Shown one piece after another: positions 1-9,838 of a DNA stretch of 64,000 nt (within the stretch, counting starts at the first letter, position 1; every line of letters begins with the position of its first letter). A model generated the notes under the pieces. It was not told the DNA's origin. It worked only from the letters and a program-made list of their open reading frames with translations, and searched no databases. The position numbers and the translations under genes are program-made. Origin of the DNA: an uncultured bacterium (GTDB lineage: Bacteria; Patescibacteriota; Minisyncoccia; Phycocordibacterales; GWA1-40-21); contig OY970290.1 in NCBI GenBank assembly GCA_963716205.1, positions 520,322 through 584,321 of the forward strand. Reading direction: 5' to 3'.

Positions 1-905
1 GAGGCCGAGAGCGGCAAATAGATATTTGCCGCTGTTGCACTTGTCAGATATGAGGCAAGGGTTCCACTGAATGTTGAAGTAGAAACATAATCATTTTGAA
101 GTAAAGCGATTGGTTCAAATGTGCTTGCCACCCATGTTGTTGAAGCGTATGTGGAGGAAGCTTCGGCAGAAGTGAGATATGAATTCGTGTCCGTGTAAAG
201 CTGACCGCTTGCCGTGCTTCGAACAATGCCTGCGGTTAAATTTGCAATTGTCGTCGAGCCATTTGCATTGATTGAAAATAAATTATTTCCCGTGGAATTT
301 TGCACATCAAAAAGATCGGCGACTTGCCCAAAGAATCCGCCGATAGTCAGTGCTGTAGAATTGGTGGAGGTGGAGACGATACTGACAACGGAATTCGCGA
401 TCGGTGTCGTTGTGCCAAACGATGACTGCCCAACTCCGGAAACCGCACCCGCAAGCTGCGCAAACGCCGCCGCAGTGATGAGCTGCCGCGGAGAAAGCGT
501 TTGGAATGTAACATTGTCAGAAGAAACTTCGATCTGTAAATAGATGGTGCTGTTAGTATTGAAATTATAATTCAATGCATCGGGATATCCATCCGCCGTG
601 TCGCCAATATTCACATTAAAAACTCCCGATTTTACGATTGACGGAAAAGATGTCGGAGCTGATGCCGGCCACAAACGCGAACCAGAACCGACGGTCGGAT
701 TGTCCCAGAGAGAAAATTTGAAATAGTATGTCGTGCCGGCGCCGCCGAGCAGATTACCGGAAGCGTCATACAGTCTACCTTGAAAACTTAGGGTTGTTGG
801 AGCACCAGATGCCGCGAAGGCATAGCTGAATGAGACGAAAAACAGCAGCATTGTCGCGCATAATTTCAGAAATGTTTTTTTGGCGAAAAAATGTTTTTTT
901 TGCAT
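1..905 (-). CDS. Tail-fibre-like secreted surface protein, N-terminal ~301 codons only; the gene continues past the window start
   Basis: ATG at 905..903. It is absent from the ORF track because the frame stays open to position 1, and it was hand-translated stop-free for at least 905..480. Signal peptide MQKKHFFAKKTFLKLCATMLLFFVSFSYAFA. G/S/T-rich with SxxSTYASTTW and YLPLSAS motifs shared with the 1883-aa protein at 40916..46567. Confidence 0.55.
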   Translation of the reverse strand, partial: MQKKHFFAKKTFLKLCATMLLFFVSFSYAFAASGAPTTLSFQGRLYDASGNLLGGAGTTYYFKFSLWDNPTVGSGSRLWPASAPTSFPSIVKSGVFNVNIGDTADGYPDALNYNFNTNSTIYLQIEVSSDNVTFQTLSPRQLITAAAFAQLAGAVSGVGQSSFGTTTPIANSVVSIVSTSTNSTALTIGGFFGQVADLFDVQNSTGNNLFSINANGSTTIANLTAGIVRSTASGQLYTDTNSYLTSAEASSTYASTTWVASTFEPIALLQNDYVSTSTFSGTLASYLTSATAANIYLPLSA

Positions 906-1100
906 TTGCAAAATGTTAAAACATGCAACAAAGTCCTACCGAAATAGCCTCCCGGCGCACTAAATTCGCGAGGCTTTTTTGTTCACTTTATAATTATAAA
1001 ATACTATAAAGAAAAATACAATAGTTTTTCCGGAAAAATCTATGCAAAATATGGATTTTTCGGCAGTAACTGTGGATAACTGGCTTTATTCTAGATTTTC

Positions 1101-1185
1101 TTGGTGCGCCGGGTTGGACTCGAACCAACGATGCCCGAAGGCGGGAGATTTACAGTCTCCTGTAATAGCCGCTATACGACCGGCG
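1101..1185 (-). tRNA. tRNA-Tyr(GTA), CCA encoded
   Basis: Cloverleaf on minus strand: acceptor GCGCCGG/CCGGCGC, anticodon stem GGAGA/TCTCC with loop CTGTAAA, long variable arm, T-loop TTCGAGT, 3' ACCA. Confidence 0.85.
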
Positions 1186-1600
1186 CAATATTAAAATAAA
1201 TACTTCTTATACTTTTTGGTTTCTATAGAAATTTCATTTCGATTATCCAAATCAGTCCATGGAATAAGATATTTTTCTCTCCGTTCTGTAAAAACAAAAA
1301 GAAAATCAAAATCTTTTTTCCCATATTTTTTGAATAATTGAATGACTGGTTCCCTCCCGTAATCCTTAAACCAACCTCGCATTTATTGGACTTTCTGTAA
1401 ATCCCAGCAAATTTTACCTGAATTTTTCTCAAAAGTCCACTTTTTCAACGACAAAATCATAGCTTCTTTTATCGCCAATCGGCAGGCAAACCTCGTAGTT
1501 TTTTGGATATAAAATATCCAATTACCACTCCAATTGTCTGATCACCTTTTTGTCTTGAATTTATTTTCTCCATACAGCAGAGTATATTACTGCTGCTATT

Positions 1601-4282
1601 TTATACAACCATTTCTTTCAAAAATTCTTTTTCAAGTATCGCTCCACGCTTGCCTTTTTTCACTTCAAAAGTTAATTCATTGTTTTTCAAACTGATGGTC
1701 ACCGTGCCGCCTTTGACAATTCCCTGCGAGATGATGAGCGATGCAATCGGATTAAGGATTTTATTTTGGATCAGCCGTTTCAGTGGCCTGGCGCCATTTT
1801 GCGGATTGTATCCTTCTTTTGAAAGATATTCCAGAGCTTCGTTTTTTATTTCCAAAATAATTTCTTTTATCTTCAATCGCTCCCGCACTTCTTCGATTTG
1901 AATGTCCACGATTTTTCGTATCGCATCGCGGCTCAAAACATCAAAGACGATTACATCGTCGAGACGATTGAGGAATTCCGGACGGAAGAAATCTTTGAGT
2001 GATGCAAGCACTTTTTCTTTCACCAAATTGTATTCATTTTTCTTTCCGTCGGATGTCGTAAAACCAATTTGCTCCATTTTGTCTATGAATTGCGCGCCGA
2101 TATTTGACGTCATGATGATGACGGTATTTTTGAAATTGACCGTTCTGCCTTTCGCATCCGTCAATCTGCCATTGTCAAGAACCTGCAAAAGCAAATTAAA
2201 AACTTCCGGGTGCGCTTTCTCGATTTCGTCAAAAAGTATCACCGAATACGGTCTGTGCCTGACGGTTTCCGTCAGTGTTCCCCCCTCTTCATGTCCAACA
2301 TATCCGGGCGGCGAGCCGATCAATTTTGAAGTGGAATGCTTTTCCATAAATTCCGACATATCCACCCGCACAAGAGCTTTTTCATCGTCAAAAAGGAATT
2401 CCGCGAGCGCTTTGGTCAATTCCGTCTTTCCGACGCCAGTCGGACCAAGGAAAATAAATGAACCAATCGGACGATTTGGATCTGCAATTCCCGCTCGACT
2501 TCGCTTTATCGTATCAGAAATTTTTCTCACAGCTTCATCCTGTCCGACGATTCGTTTTTTCAAATCTTCTTCCATGCGCACGAGCTTGTGCGCCTCGCTT
2601 TCAAGCATTCGCGAGACCGGCACGCCCGTCCATTTGGAAACAACAGTGGCAATATCCTCTTCAGTAATTTCCTCTTTCAAGACTCTGCGCGAGCTTTGCA
2701 ATTTTTTCAGTTTTTTTAATTTCACATCCAAATCTTTTTCCGCTTGAGGAATTTTCCCGTAGCGGATTTCCGCCGCGACGGCAAGATTTGCCTGAATTTC
2801 CGCATTTTCCGCTTCAATGCGCAAAAGTTCCAATTGTTTTTTCAGAGTTTTAATACCGGTGAGAATTTCTTTTTCATTTGTCCAGCGGAGCTCGAGATCG
2901 GCGGTCTTTTCTTTCAAATCGGCAATTTCTTTTTCGATCACGAGGACGCGCTTTTTCGTTTCTTTCTTTTTTTCTCCTTCCGCTTCTTTTTTCAGCGCTT
3001 CTTTTTCTATTTCAAGGCGCATGATTTTCCTGCGGGTTTCCTCCAAAACCGGCGGCAGATTTTCAAGTGAGATTTTCAGCATTGAAGATGCTTCATCAAT
3101 CAAATCGACTGCCTTGTCCGGCAAAAATCTGTCTGTGATATACCGCGAGCTCAAATTGACCGCTGCCAAAATCGCGTCGTCGGTAATGCGCACGCCGTGA
3201 TACAGCTCATATTTTTCTTTGAGGCCGCGGAGGATGGCAACGCAATCGTCAATCGTTGGCTCGCTGACCACGACTGGCTGAAAACGCCGCGTCAGTGCCG
3301 GATCTTTTTCAATTTTCTGATATTCCCTGAGCGTCGTCGCGCCGATAGTGCGAAGCTCGCCGCGGGAAAGCGCGGGCTTGAGCATATTTGAAGCATCCAT
3401 TGATCCTTCGGCGGAACCCGCGCCGACAATCGTATGAATTTCATCGATAAAAATAATTATTTTACCTTCGGATTTTTCTATCTCTTTGATGATTCCTTTC
3501 ATCCGTTCCTCGAATTCTCCGCGGTATTTCGTGCCAGCAACAAGCAAGCCGAGATCAAGCGATACCAGTTCTTTATCTTTGAGAGATTCCGGCACGTCAT
3601 TCATTGCGATACGCAGCGCGAGACCTTCGACGATTGCCGTCTTTCCGACACCGGCTTCGCCGATGAGAATGGGATTATTTTTTGTTCTTCTCGAAAGTAT
3701 CTGGATGATGCGCGAGATTTCATTGTCGCGTCCGATAACAGGATCCAATTTATTTTCTTTTGCGAGCTTGGTCAGATTTCTCGTATATTTCAAAATGGCC
3801 CGATACTTTTTCGGCTGGTTCATTTCATCGCCTTTGAGATTTTTCAATTCGGAAAGGATTTTAAGGATCGTCGCTTTGTCGATTTTGAATTTCTGCAAAA
3901 TATCCCGCGCGGAACATGGCGTATCAAGCACAGCGAGAAAAAGATGCTCTGTGGAGATGAATTCATCTTTGAGATCGCTCGCCTCTTTGCCGGAAAGTTC
4001 AAGGATGGATGCAAGTTCTGGTGTCAGATAAATCTGATTATGCGGAGAAAGTGTCGTCGACGTGAGGTTGGATTCGATCGCTTCCATGATTGAATCGGTG
4101 AATAAAATGATATCAATATCGAGCCGGTCCAAAATCGAAGTAACGACGCTTTCTTCCTGAAGAACAAGTGCGGCGAGTAAGTGCAAAGGACCGACGTGAT
4201 TTTGTCCACGTTCAATCGCAAGCTCGTGAGCTCTTCTGATGACTTCCTTTGCTTTTGTGGTGAAATTATTTAGTGGTGGCAT
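1601..4282 (-). CDS. clpB: ATP-dependent chaperone ClpB (two AAA+ modules)
   Basis: 893 aa. Clp N-domain, two Walker A motifs ([16 protein letters not shown]), a long coiled-coil M-domain between NBD1 and NBD2, and the sensor-2 region. Confidence 0.95.
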   Translation of the reverse strand: MPPLNNFTTKAKEVIRRAHELAIERGQNHVGPLHLLAALVLQEESVVTSILDRLDIDIILFTDSIMEAIESNLTSTTLSPHNQIYLTPELASILELSGKEASDLKDEFISTEHLFLAVLDTPCSARDILQKFKIDKATILKILSELKNLKGDEMNQPKKYRAILKYTRNLTKLAKENKLDPVIGRDNEISRIIQILSRRTKNNPILIGEAGVGKTAIVEGLALRIAMNDVPESLKDKELVSLDLGLLVAGTKYRGEFEERMKGIIKEIEKSEGKIIIFIDEIHTIVGAGSAEGSMDASNMLKPALSRGELRTIGATTLREYQKIEKDPALTRRFQPVVVSEPTIDDCVAILRGLKEKYELYHGVRITDDAILAAVNLSSRYITDRFLPDKAVDLIDEASSMLKISLENLPPVLEETRRKIMRLEIEKEALKKEAEGEKKKETKKRVLVIEKEIADLKEKTADLELRWTNEKEILTGIKTLKKQLELLRIEAENAEIQANLAVAAEIRYGKIPQAEKDLDVKLKKLKKLQSSRRVLKEEITEEDIATVVSKWTGVPVSRMLESEAHKLVRMEEDLKKRIVGQDEAVRKISDTIKRSRAGIADPNRPIGSFIFLGPTGVGKTELTKALAEFLFDDEKALVRVDMSEFMEKHSTSKLIGSPPGYVGHEEGGTLTETVRHRPYSVILFDEIEKAHPEVFNLLLQVLDNGRLTDAKGRTVNFKNTVIIMTSNIGAQFIDKMEQIGFTTSDGKKNEYNLVKEKVLASLKDFFRPEFLNRLDDVIVFDVLSRDAIRKIVDIQIEEVRERLKIKEIILEIKNEALEYLSKEGYNPQNGARPLKRLIQNKILNPIASLIISQGIVKGGTVTISLKNNELTFEVKKGKRGAILEKEFLKEMVV

Positions 4283-4376
4283 AATTTATGGCTAAAAATA
4301 AGGTTAAAATTAAATTTATAAATGTATTATACACCAAAAATAGTTTGGGTCAAAATTAAATTATTGGAAAAAACTT

Positions 4377-5270
4377 TTATTGTTTTTTCTGGCTACTGAC
4401 AAAAGAAAGTGCGGATTGGATTGCGGAGATCGGAGCAAAAAATGTATCGCCGTTTGGATATGCGGATTTGACACCAACAAGTTCTCCGGAAAGATCAAAA
4501 AGAAGTCCGCCGGGAATCAAATCGCCTGCCGGAACACTTGTGTCAATCGAAACGATTTGCGTCTCGACCGTCTGCGTACTCGTTGCGCTTGAAGTCGCTT
4601 CTGTGCTTGTCGCGGAAATATTTTTTGTGCCGAGACTCGAAACGATTCCTGTTGCAACGGAATTTTTCGTCTCGCCACCGATATAGACGACAGCTTGTCC
4701 GAGTTGGAGATCATTGCTCGCGAGCGTCACGCCGGAAAATAAAGATGTGCTCGTGCTTGTCGTGCTAATCTCTAAAAGTGCAACTATTTGGCTGTCGTCG
4801 GCTTCCAAAACATTTGCATTGTATGATATACCGTCACTCGTTTGTACTGAATATTTTCCGCCTGAATCAATGACACCGTTATCAGTTGCGATCGTTCCAT
4901 TGCTTGCGATGACGGCGCCGAGACCGACAAAGCTTGATGTCGGAAGTCCTGTTTTCGGATCAACACCTTCGGCAAAAATTCGCACGACACTTTGCGTATT
5001 GTTGTTGATCGCGCTGACCACCTGGCTGTCTTCGGAAACAACGACTGTTTCTTTCGTCTCTTCAGGATTATTTTTTGAGGGAGTAGATGTGGCAGCAACT
5101 GTCTCTATTGTCCGCTCAACGACGCGATTAATCGTCTGGGAGACGCCGATCGGTGCCTGATTCATCAGGGCGACCGTCACGATTCCCGTCGCAATTGAAG
5201 TAATGAAGCTGACAAGAAGCGTGAGTAGAATAATTTGATGTTTGGTGAGACCTTCCATAATAAATAGCAT
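4377..5270 (-). CDS. Membrane-anchored HtrA/trypsin-fold protein lacking the catalytic His and Ser (probable pseudoprotease)
   Basis: N-terminal TM segment. Segments align to S1C protease blocks, but TNNHVI is TDNGVI, the Asp block (DSQIVALLEI) is retained, and GNSGGPL is IPGGLLFDLSGELVGV. Confidence 0.45.
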   Translation of the reverse strand: MLFIMEGLTKHQIILLTLLVSFITSIATGIVTVALMNQAPIGVSQTINRVVERTIETVAATSTPSKNNPEETKETVVVSEDSQVVSAINNNTQSVVRIFAEGVDPKTGLPTSSFVGLGAVIASNGTIATDNGVIDSGGKYSVQTSDGISYNANVLEADDSQIVALLEISTTSTSTSLFSGVTLASNDLQLGQAVVYIGGETKNSVATGIVSSLGTKNISATSTEATSSATSTQTVETQIVSIDTSVPAGDLIPGGLLFDLSGELVGVKSAYPNGDTFFAPISAIQSALSFVSSQKKQ

Positions 5271-5286
5271 TATAAGCTAAATGGAA

Positions 5287-6450
5287 CTATTTGCAAATTA
5301 CGGAAAGTTTTTTCAAAAGATATGTGATGTCTGATTTTTTTGTTTCCCTACCGAGAGAAAACCGCAGGGTGGATTTTGCCCGCGCAAGATTAGAAATTTT
5401 CTTCACCACGTCGGATTCTCCTGCACCTGATGCGCACGCCGACGCTGCTGAACAAATAATCCCCGCTTCATCAAGCCGCAAAACCATCATCTCACCGTCT
5501 TGTCCGGGAATGGAAATATTGATGTTGTTTGGCAAACGATTTTTCAAATTGCCGTTCATCATGGCATTCGGGACGAATTTTTTGACTCCTTCAAAAAATT
5601 CGTCCCTCAATTTTGCCACTCTCTTTCCTTCTTTTCCTTTTATTTTTTCATTGATCTTCACCGCTTTCGCAAATCCGACAATCGCCGGCACATTTTCCGT
5701 TCCGCTTCTCTTTCCATTTTCTTGTCCTCCGCCGAAAATTATCGGTTCGATCTCCACGCCGTCTCTTATGTAGAGCGTGCCGATACCTTTCGGACCGTAA
5801 ATTTTCTGCGCATCGATTGTAACTAAATCCGCACCAAGCTCCTCGACATTCATATTCTCATATTGCATCGCGGCGGATGCATCGAGATGTAAATATGGCA
5901 TTGCAATCCTTCCTCTGCCAAGTTCTTTTCTCGCGTGACGGATTTCCTTTATAATTTCTTTTATCGGCTGGATTGTTCCTATCTCACTATTTGCGTATCC
6001 AATGGAAACGATCACCGTTTCCGGCTTTATCATCTCCCGCAGATTTTTTGGATTGACTAGTCCATTTTCATCCACCTTCAAATAGCTCACAGTGCATCCA
6101 ATCCTTTCCAATTCCTTAAATGATTCGAGAATGGAGCTGTGCTCGATTTCAGTGGTGATGGCATGGACTTTTTTCCCCATCATCAATTGTTTTTTAACGA
6201 CACCAAAAAAAGCAAGGTTATTCCCCTCCGTTCCTCCGCTGGTGAAAATAATTTCCCGCTCGTGTGCATTCAAACTCTCGGCAATAATTTTCCTCGCGTT
6301 TTGCACCGCTTTTTTTGCCGTGACCCCCATCGAGTGTATCGAGCTCGGATTGGCAAAATCTGCGTTCCAGTATTTCTTCATCGCCTCAACCACCTTTTTA
6401 TCGGTCGGTGTAGTCGATGCATTGTCCAGATATATCTTTTTCATCAACAT
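5287..6450 (-). CDS. Cysteine desulfurase (class V aminotransferase, IscS/NifS-like)
   Basis: SGGTEGNNLA, PLP-lysine block DAQKIYGPKGIGTLYIR, and active-site Cys loop SAASACASG. The His normally preceding the PLP Lys is Gln. Confidence 0.85.
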   Translation of the reverse strand: MLMKKIYLDNASTTPTDKKVVEAMKKYWNADFANPSSIHSMGVTAKKAVQNARKIIAESLNAHEREIIFTSGGTEGNNLAFFGVVKKQLMMGKKVHAITTEIEHSSILESFKELERIGCTVSYLKVDENGLVNPKNLREMIKPETVIVSIGYANSEIGTIQPIKEIIKEIRHARKELGRGRIAMPYLHLDASAAMQYENMNVEELGADLVTIDAQKIYGPKGIGTLYIRDGVEIEPIIFGGGQENGKRSGTENVPAIVGFAKAVKINEKIKGKEGKRVAKLRDEFFEGVKKFVPNAMMNGNLKNRLPNNINISIPGQDGEMMVLRLDEAGIICSAASACASGAGESDVVKKISNLARAKSTLRFSLGRETKKSDITYLLKKLSVICK

Positions 6451-6507
6451 GAATATAGCAAGGAGAAAAGATATTTACAATCGGATAAAAAAATATATAA
6501 TAATCTC

Positions 6508-6969
6508 ATGAATTTCAACTTATACACACTCGCGGGCGTTGCGGTCATCATCTTACTTCTCCTTTTTTGGATCATTCGCTTGGAAATCACTTTGAGAAAA
6601 TTATTGAAAGGCAAAGCCGGCTCGCTTGACGATGTCCTTGCCGACATGCGAAGCAATATTGAATATCTGAAAAAATATTCAGAAGGTGCGACGAAACATT
6701 TTGATGTTATCGATGCCAAAATGAAGAAAACAATTTCCGGCAATGAGACCGTACGCTTCAATCCGTGGAAAGGCGACGGCTCGGGAAGCAATCAGAGCTT
6801 TGCCACCGCTCTTGTCAATGCCGATGGCGACGGCGTGGTCATCTCTTCGCTCTATTCGCGCGACCATATCAGCGTCTTTTCCAAGCCGGTCAAAGGAATG
6901 AAGTCCGAATATGAATTGAGCACTGAAGAGAAAACTGCCTTGCAAAAAGCAAAAGAAAGCATATTATAA
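6508..6969 (+). CDS. DUF4446-like small membrane-anchored protein
   Basis: Start re-placed at the internal ATG at 6508, because the 5' part of track ORF 6139..6969 overlaps the desulfurase on the other strand. N-terminal TM helix, then a conserved soluble domain. Confidence 0.5.
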   Translation: MNFNLYTLAGVAVIILLLLFWIIRLEITLRKLLKGKAGSLDDVLADMRSNIEYLKKYSEGATKHFDVIDAKMKKTISGNETVRFNPWKGDGSGSNQSFATALVNADGDGVVISSLYSRDHISVFSKPVKGMKSEYELSTEEKTALQKAKESIL

Positions 6970-7026
6970 GGAAAATCACACAAAAAATGGAATCAGGAAT
7001 TCTTTTTTTATTGCCCGAAAAATATT

Positions 7027-8556
7027 ATGGAAAAAAATGCCCACAAAAGCATCGTTCAGCGTTCTCCCATTGTTTGCATCATGGGGCATATTGATCATGG
7101 TAAATCCACTCTTTTAGACTACATTCGAAAAACAAATATTGTGGAGGGTGAAGCCGGCGGCATCACGCAGAGAATTTCCGCGTATGAAGTTATTCACAAG
7201 ACGCCGGCGGGTATTGAGGAAAAAATAACTTTCCTTGATACACCCGGACATGAAGCATTCAATGCGATGCGTTTGTCGGGAACAAGCGTTGCCGATATCG
7301 CCGTGCTTGTCGTCTCAGCGGAGGACGGCGTCAAAAAACAAACGCTCGAGGCTTTGAAAGCAATTACTGACAGCAAGCTACCATACGTCGTTGCAATATC
7401 CAAAATAGACAAACCGGGAGCAAATGTCGAAAAAACAAAAAACAGTTTGGTGGAAAACGGCATCTATATAGAAGGCTACGGCGGAAATATTCCGTATGTG
7501 CCGATTTCCTCAAAGACCGGACAAGGTATTCCCGAGCTGATGGATATGATTCTTCTCGTTTCTGAAATGGCGGAATTGAAAGGAGATGTGAAAAAGCCGG
7601 CGGAAGGATTCGTCGTCGAAGCGCACATGGACAATCAAAAAGGTATTACCTCGACCGTCATCATCAAAGACGGCACGATCAAAAAGAATATGTTCGTGGT
7701 TTCTGGAGATGCGATCGCTCCGACGAGGATGATGGAAGATTTTCTCGGCAAGAAAATCACGCAGGCAAGCTTTTCATCTCCGATCCATATCATCGGCTTT
7801 GACAAACTGCCGGATGTCGGCAAACACTTTGTTAGTTTTGAAAATAAAAAGGAAGCCGAGGCGTATGTCGAAGCCGAAAAAGAAAAAAATAAAAAAAATG
7901 AAATCATCATTCCGAAAAAGTCTGCCGAGGAAACAGCGGAAAATCCGGATGAAATTTTTATCCGTATCATGATCCGTGCGCAGGTTGTTGGCGCGATCAA
8001 GGCCATTGAGCATGAAATCCAAAAAATAAAAAACGACAAAGTCATGATAAAAATCATCAACGCCGGCATCGGAAATATCACCGAAAATGACATCAAACTC
8101 GCCTCTGGCAGAAATCCGGCGACCATTCTTGGTTTTGATGTCGGCGTGGACGCATCGGCAAAATCGCTCGCTGAACGCCTTTTTGTCGAAATAAAAACAT
8201 TCGATGTCATTTATAAAATCTCCGAATGGCTTGCCGAAGAAGTGGAAAAGAAAACTCCGAAAGTCATGGTGGAAGAAACGACTGCTGAAGCAAAGGTGCT
8301 AAAAATTTTCAGCTCGATGAAAGACAAGCATATTATCGGCGCGCGAGCCGAAAAAGGAACTTTTTTTGTCGGCGAAAACGCAAAAATCATGCGCGGTGGG
8401 ACCGAAATCGGCCGCGGAAAGATACGCGAGCTGCAAAAAGAAAAAAATAAAGCGAGCGAAGTCGGTGCCGGGGTCGAATTCGGCTGCCAATTCCAATCTG
8501 ACATCATTCCCGCCCCCGGAGACAAGCTTGAGATTTTTAAAATAATGGAAAAATAA
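7027..8556 (+). CDS. infB: Translation initiation factor IF-2 (short form lacking the N-terminal extension)
   Basis: G-domain motifs [17 protein letters not shown] and NKID, followed by IF-2 domains II to IV. 509 aa. Confidence 0.9.
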   Translation: MEKNAHKSIVQRSPIVCIMGHIDHGKSTLLDYIRKTNIVEGEAGGITQRISAYEVIHKTPAGIEEKITFLDTPGHEAFNAMRLSGTSVADIAVLVVSAEDGVKKQTLEALKAITDSKLPYVVAISKIDKPGANVEKTKNSLVENGIYIEGYGGNIPYVPISSKTGQGIPELMDMILLVSEMAELKGDVKKPAEGFVVEAHMDNQKGITSTVIIKDGTIKKNMFVVSGDAIAPTRMMEDFLGKKITQASFSSPIHIIGFDKLPDVGKHFVSFENKKEAEAYVEAEKEKNKKNEIIIPKKSAEETAENPDEIFIRIMIRAQVVGAIKAIEHEIQKIKNDKVMIKIINAGIGNITENDIKLASGRNPATILGFDVGVDASAKSLAERLFVEIKTFDVIYKISEWLAEEVEKKTPKVMVEETTAEAKVLKIFSSMKDKHIIGARAEKGTFFVGENAKIMRGGTEIGRGKIRELQKEKNKASEVGAGVEFGCQFQSDIIPAPGDKLEIFKIMEK

Positions 8557-8557
8557 C

Positions 8558-8896
8558 ATGTCGGCCAACCGAAGCGAAAAAATAATAAAAATTGTGAAAG
8601 GCGCGGCGGCGGATTTCATGCAAAAAGAATCCAACGGCGCATCACTCATTACCATTACGAACGCAATCCTTTCAAACGACGAGAAATATGCTACTATTCT
8701 TTTCACGGTGCTGCCGGCCGACAAAGAGCAGCCGGCGCTTGAATTTGCCAAAAGAATGCGCAGCGAATTCAAAGAATACGTGAAGACGCACACCAAGCTC
8801 GGCAAGATTCCCATGTTTGATTTTGCGATCGATCTTGGAGAAAAGCATCGCCAAAAGATTGATTTGATTTCATTGAAAAAAAATAAGGCCCAGTAG
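8558..8896 (+). CDS. rbfA: Ribosome-binding factor A
   Basis: 112 aa, immediately after infB (the conserved infB-rbfA order). KH-like RbfA pattern ...FMQKESNGASLITITNAILSNDEKYATILFTVL. Confidence 0.7.
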   Translation: MSANRSEKIIKIVKGAAADFMQKESNGASLITITNAILSNDEKYATILFTVLPADKEQPALEFAKRMRSEFKEYVKTHTKLGKIPMFDFAIDLGEKHRQKIDLISLKKNKAQ

Positions 8897-8957
8897 CCAA
8901 GTGGTAAGGCAGAGATCTGCAAAATCTCTATGCGGCGGTTCAATTCCGCCCTGGGCC
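8886..8957 (+). tRNA. tRNA-Cys(GCA)
   Basis: Acceptor GGCCCAG/CTGGGCC, anticodon stem GAGAT/ATCTC with loop CTGCAAA, T-arm GGCGG-TTCAATT-CCGCC. Confidence 0.85.
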
Positions 8958-9027
8958 TCACCAGAATTTATGTTTCTATTATATAATGGTATACTCGTAT
9001 ATGTTCTAAAACTTATTCGTATACCAT

Positions 9028-9501
9028 ATGCCAAAAAGCAAAAATTGGACAGAAAAATCTTTAAAAGATGCAGTGCTCCATTCCACAAGCATTAGGCAAG
9101 TTTTATATAAAATCAATCTCATACCAGCTGGCGGAAACTATGATCAAGTTAAAAAATATATAAGAAAATTAGGTATTGATACAAAACATTTTAAGGGAAA
9201 GGCGTGGAACCGCGGAATGAAATTCATCAGCGTGCCAAAAATAAAATTAGAGGATATTCTTGTAAAAAATAGTGATTTTCAAAGTTTTAAATTAAAAGAA
9301 AGACTTTTCAAAGCAAAAATAAAAAATATTGAATGCGAAGAATGTCACTGGGCAAAGGTATCTGAAGATGGTAGAATCCCCCTTGAGTTGGACCATATTA
9401 ATGGCAACAAAAGAGACAATCGGCTGGAAAATTTAAGGGTTCTCTGTCCAAATTGTCATAGTTTGAAATTGACGCGCAGAGGAAGAAATAAAGGGAAATA
9501 A
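9028..9501 (+). CDS. HNH endonuclease (homing-endonuclease-like), inserted in the tRNA cluster
   Basis: C-terminal HNH motif: CEECHWAKVSEDGRIPLELDHINGNKRDNRLENLRVLCPNCHSLK. Confidence 0.8.
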   Translation: MPKSKNWTEKSLKDAVLHSTSIRQVLYKINLIPAGGNYDQVKKYIRKLGIDTKHFKGKAWNRGMKFISVPKIKLEDILVKNSDFQSFKLKERLFKAKIKNIECEECHWAKVSEDGRIPLELDHINGNKRDNRLENLRVLCPNCHSLKLTRRGRNKGK

Positions 9502-9506
9502 TAAAT

Positions 9507-9591
9507 GCCTGGGTGGTGGAACTGGTATACACGCAACACTTAAAATGTTGTCTGCTTAACGCGGATGTGGGTTCGATTCCCACCCCAGGCA
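9507..9591 (+). tRNA. tRNA-Leu(TAA)
   Basis: Acceptor GCCTGGG/CCCAGGC, anticodon stem CAACA/TGTTG with loop CTTAAAA, long variable arm, T-loop TTCGATT. Confidence 0.85.
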
Positions 9592-9604
9592 CAAAAAAAC
9601 TTAG

Positions 9605-9677
9605 TGCACCCAGTTGGGATCGAACCAACGACCTTATCCTTAAGAGGGATTTGCTCTACCAGCTGAGCTATGGGTGC
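9605..9677 (-). tRNA. tRNA-Lys(CTT)
   Basis: Minus strand: acceptor GCACCCA/TGGGTGC, D-arm GCTCAGCTGGTAGAGC, anticodon loop CTCTTAA, T-arm GTTGG-TTCGATC-CCAAC. Confidence 0.85.
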
Positions 9678-9747
9678 AAGTCATTAAAATAACAGAAAAA
9701 TAACAAAAAATCAATTTATTTGAGTTTTTGTTGAAAAGCACGTATGA

Positions 9748-9838
9748 TGCTTTTTGTTGGGCGGGTGGTGAAATGGTAGACACGCTAGCCTTAGGAGCTA
9801 GTGCCGCAAGGCATGGAGGTTCAAGTCCTCTCCCGCCC
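9748..9838 (+). tRNA. tRNA-Leu(TAG)
   Basis: Acceptor GGGCGGG/CCCGCCC, anticodon stem CTAGC/GCTAG with loop CTTAGGA, long variable arm, T-loop TTCAAGT. Confidence 0.85.

Noticed and set aside
214-543. 109-aa plus-strand ORF, and the 44..226 minus ORF
   Set aside because: 214..543 lies antisense to the much longer, signal-peptide-bearing surface-protein frame that runs from 905 through position 1, and its protein is low complexity. 44..226 is a shifted frame inside the same gene.
941-975. Possible weak hairpin (AGCCTC…GAGGCT plus T-run) between the surface-protein gene start and tRNA-Tyr
   Set aside because: Only a 6-bp stem with a 17-nt loop. Its orientation does not fit a transcribed gene end.
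1191-1432. Two overlapping small minus-strand ORFs (63 and 69 aa) between tRNA-Tyr and clpB
   Set aside because: Mutually exclusive frames, no Shine-Dalgarno, no motif. Kept only as part of the long-intergenic-region observation.
1650-4221. Numerous ORFs (83 to 281 aa, both strands) inside clpB
   Set aside because: They are embedded in or antisense to a strongly supported 893-aa ClpB. Their proteins are low complexity, Phe/Ser-rich and typical of antisense AT-rich DNA.
5287-6450. Cysteine desulfurase with Gln in place of the conserved His before the PLP lysine (DAQK instead of SGHK)
   Set aside because: Noted as unusual, but all other PLP-fold and active-site Cys elements are intact. Without an alignment I cannot say it is more than lineage-specific variation.
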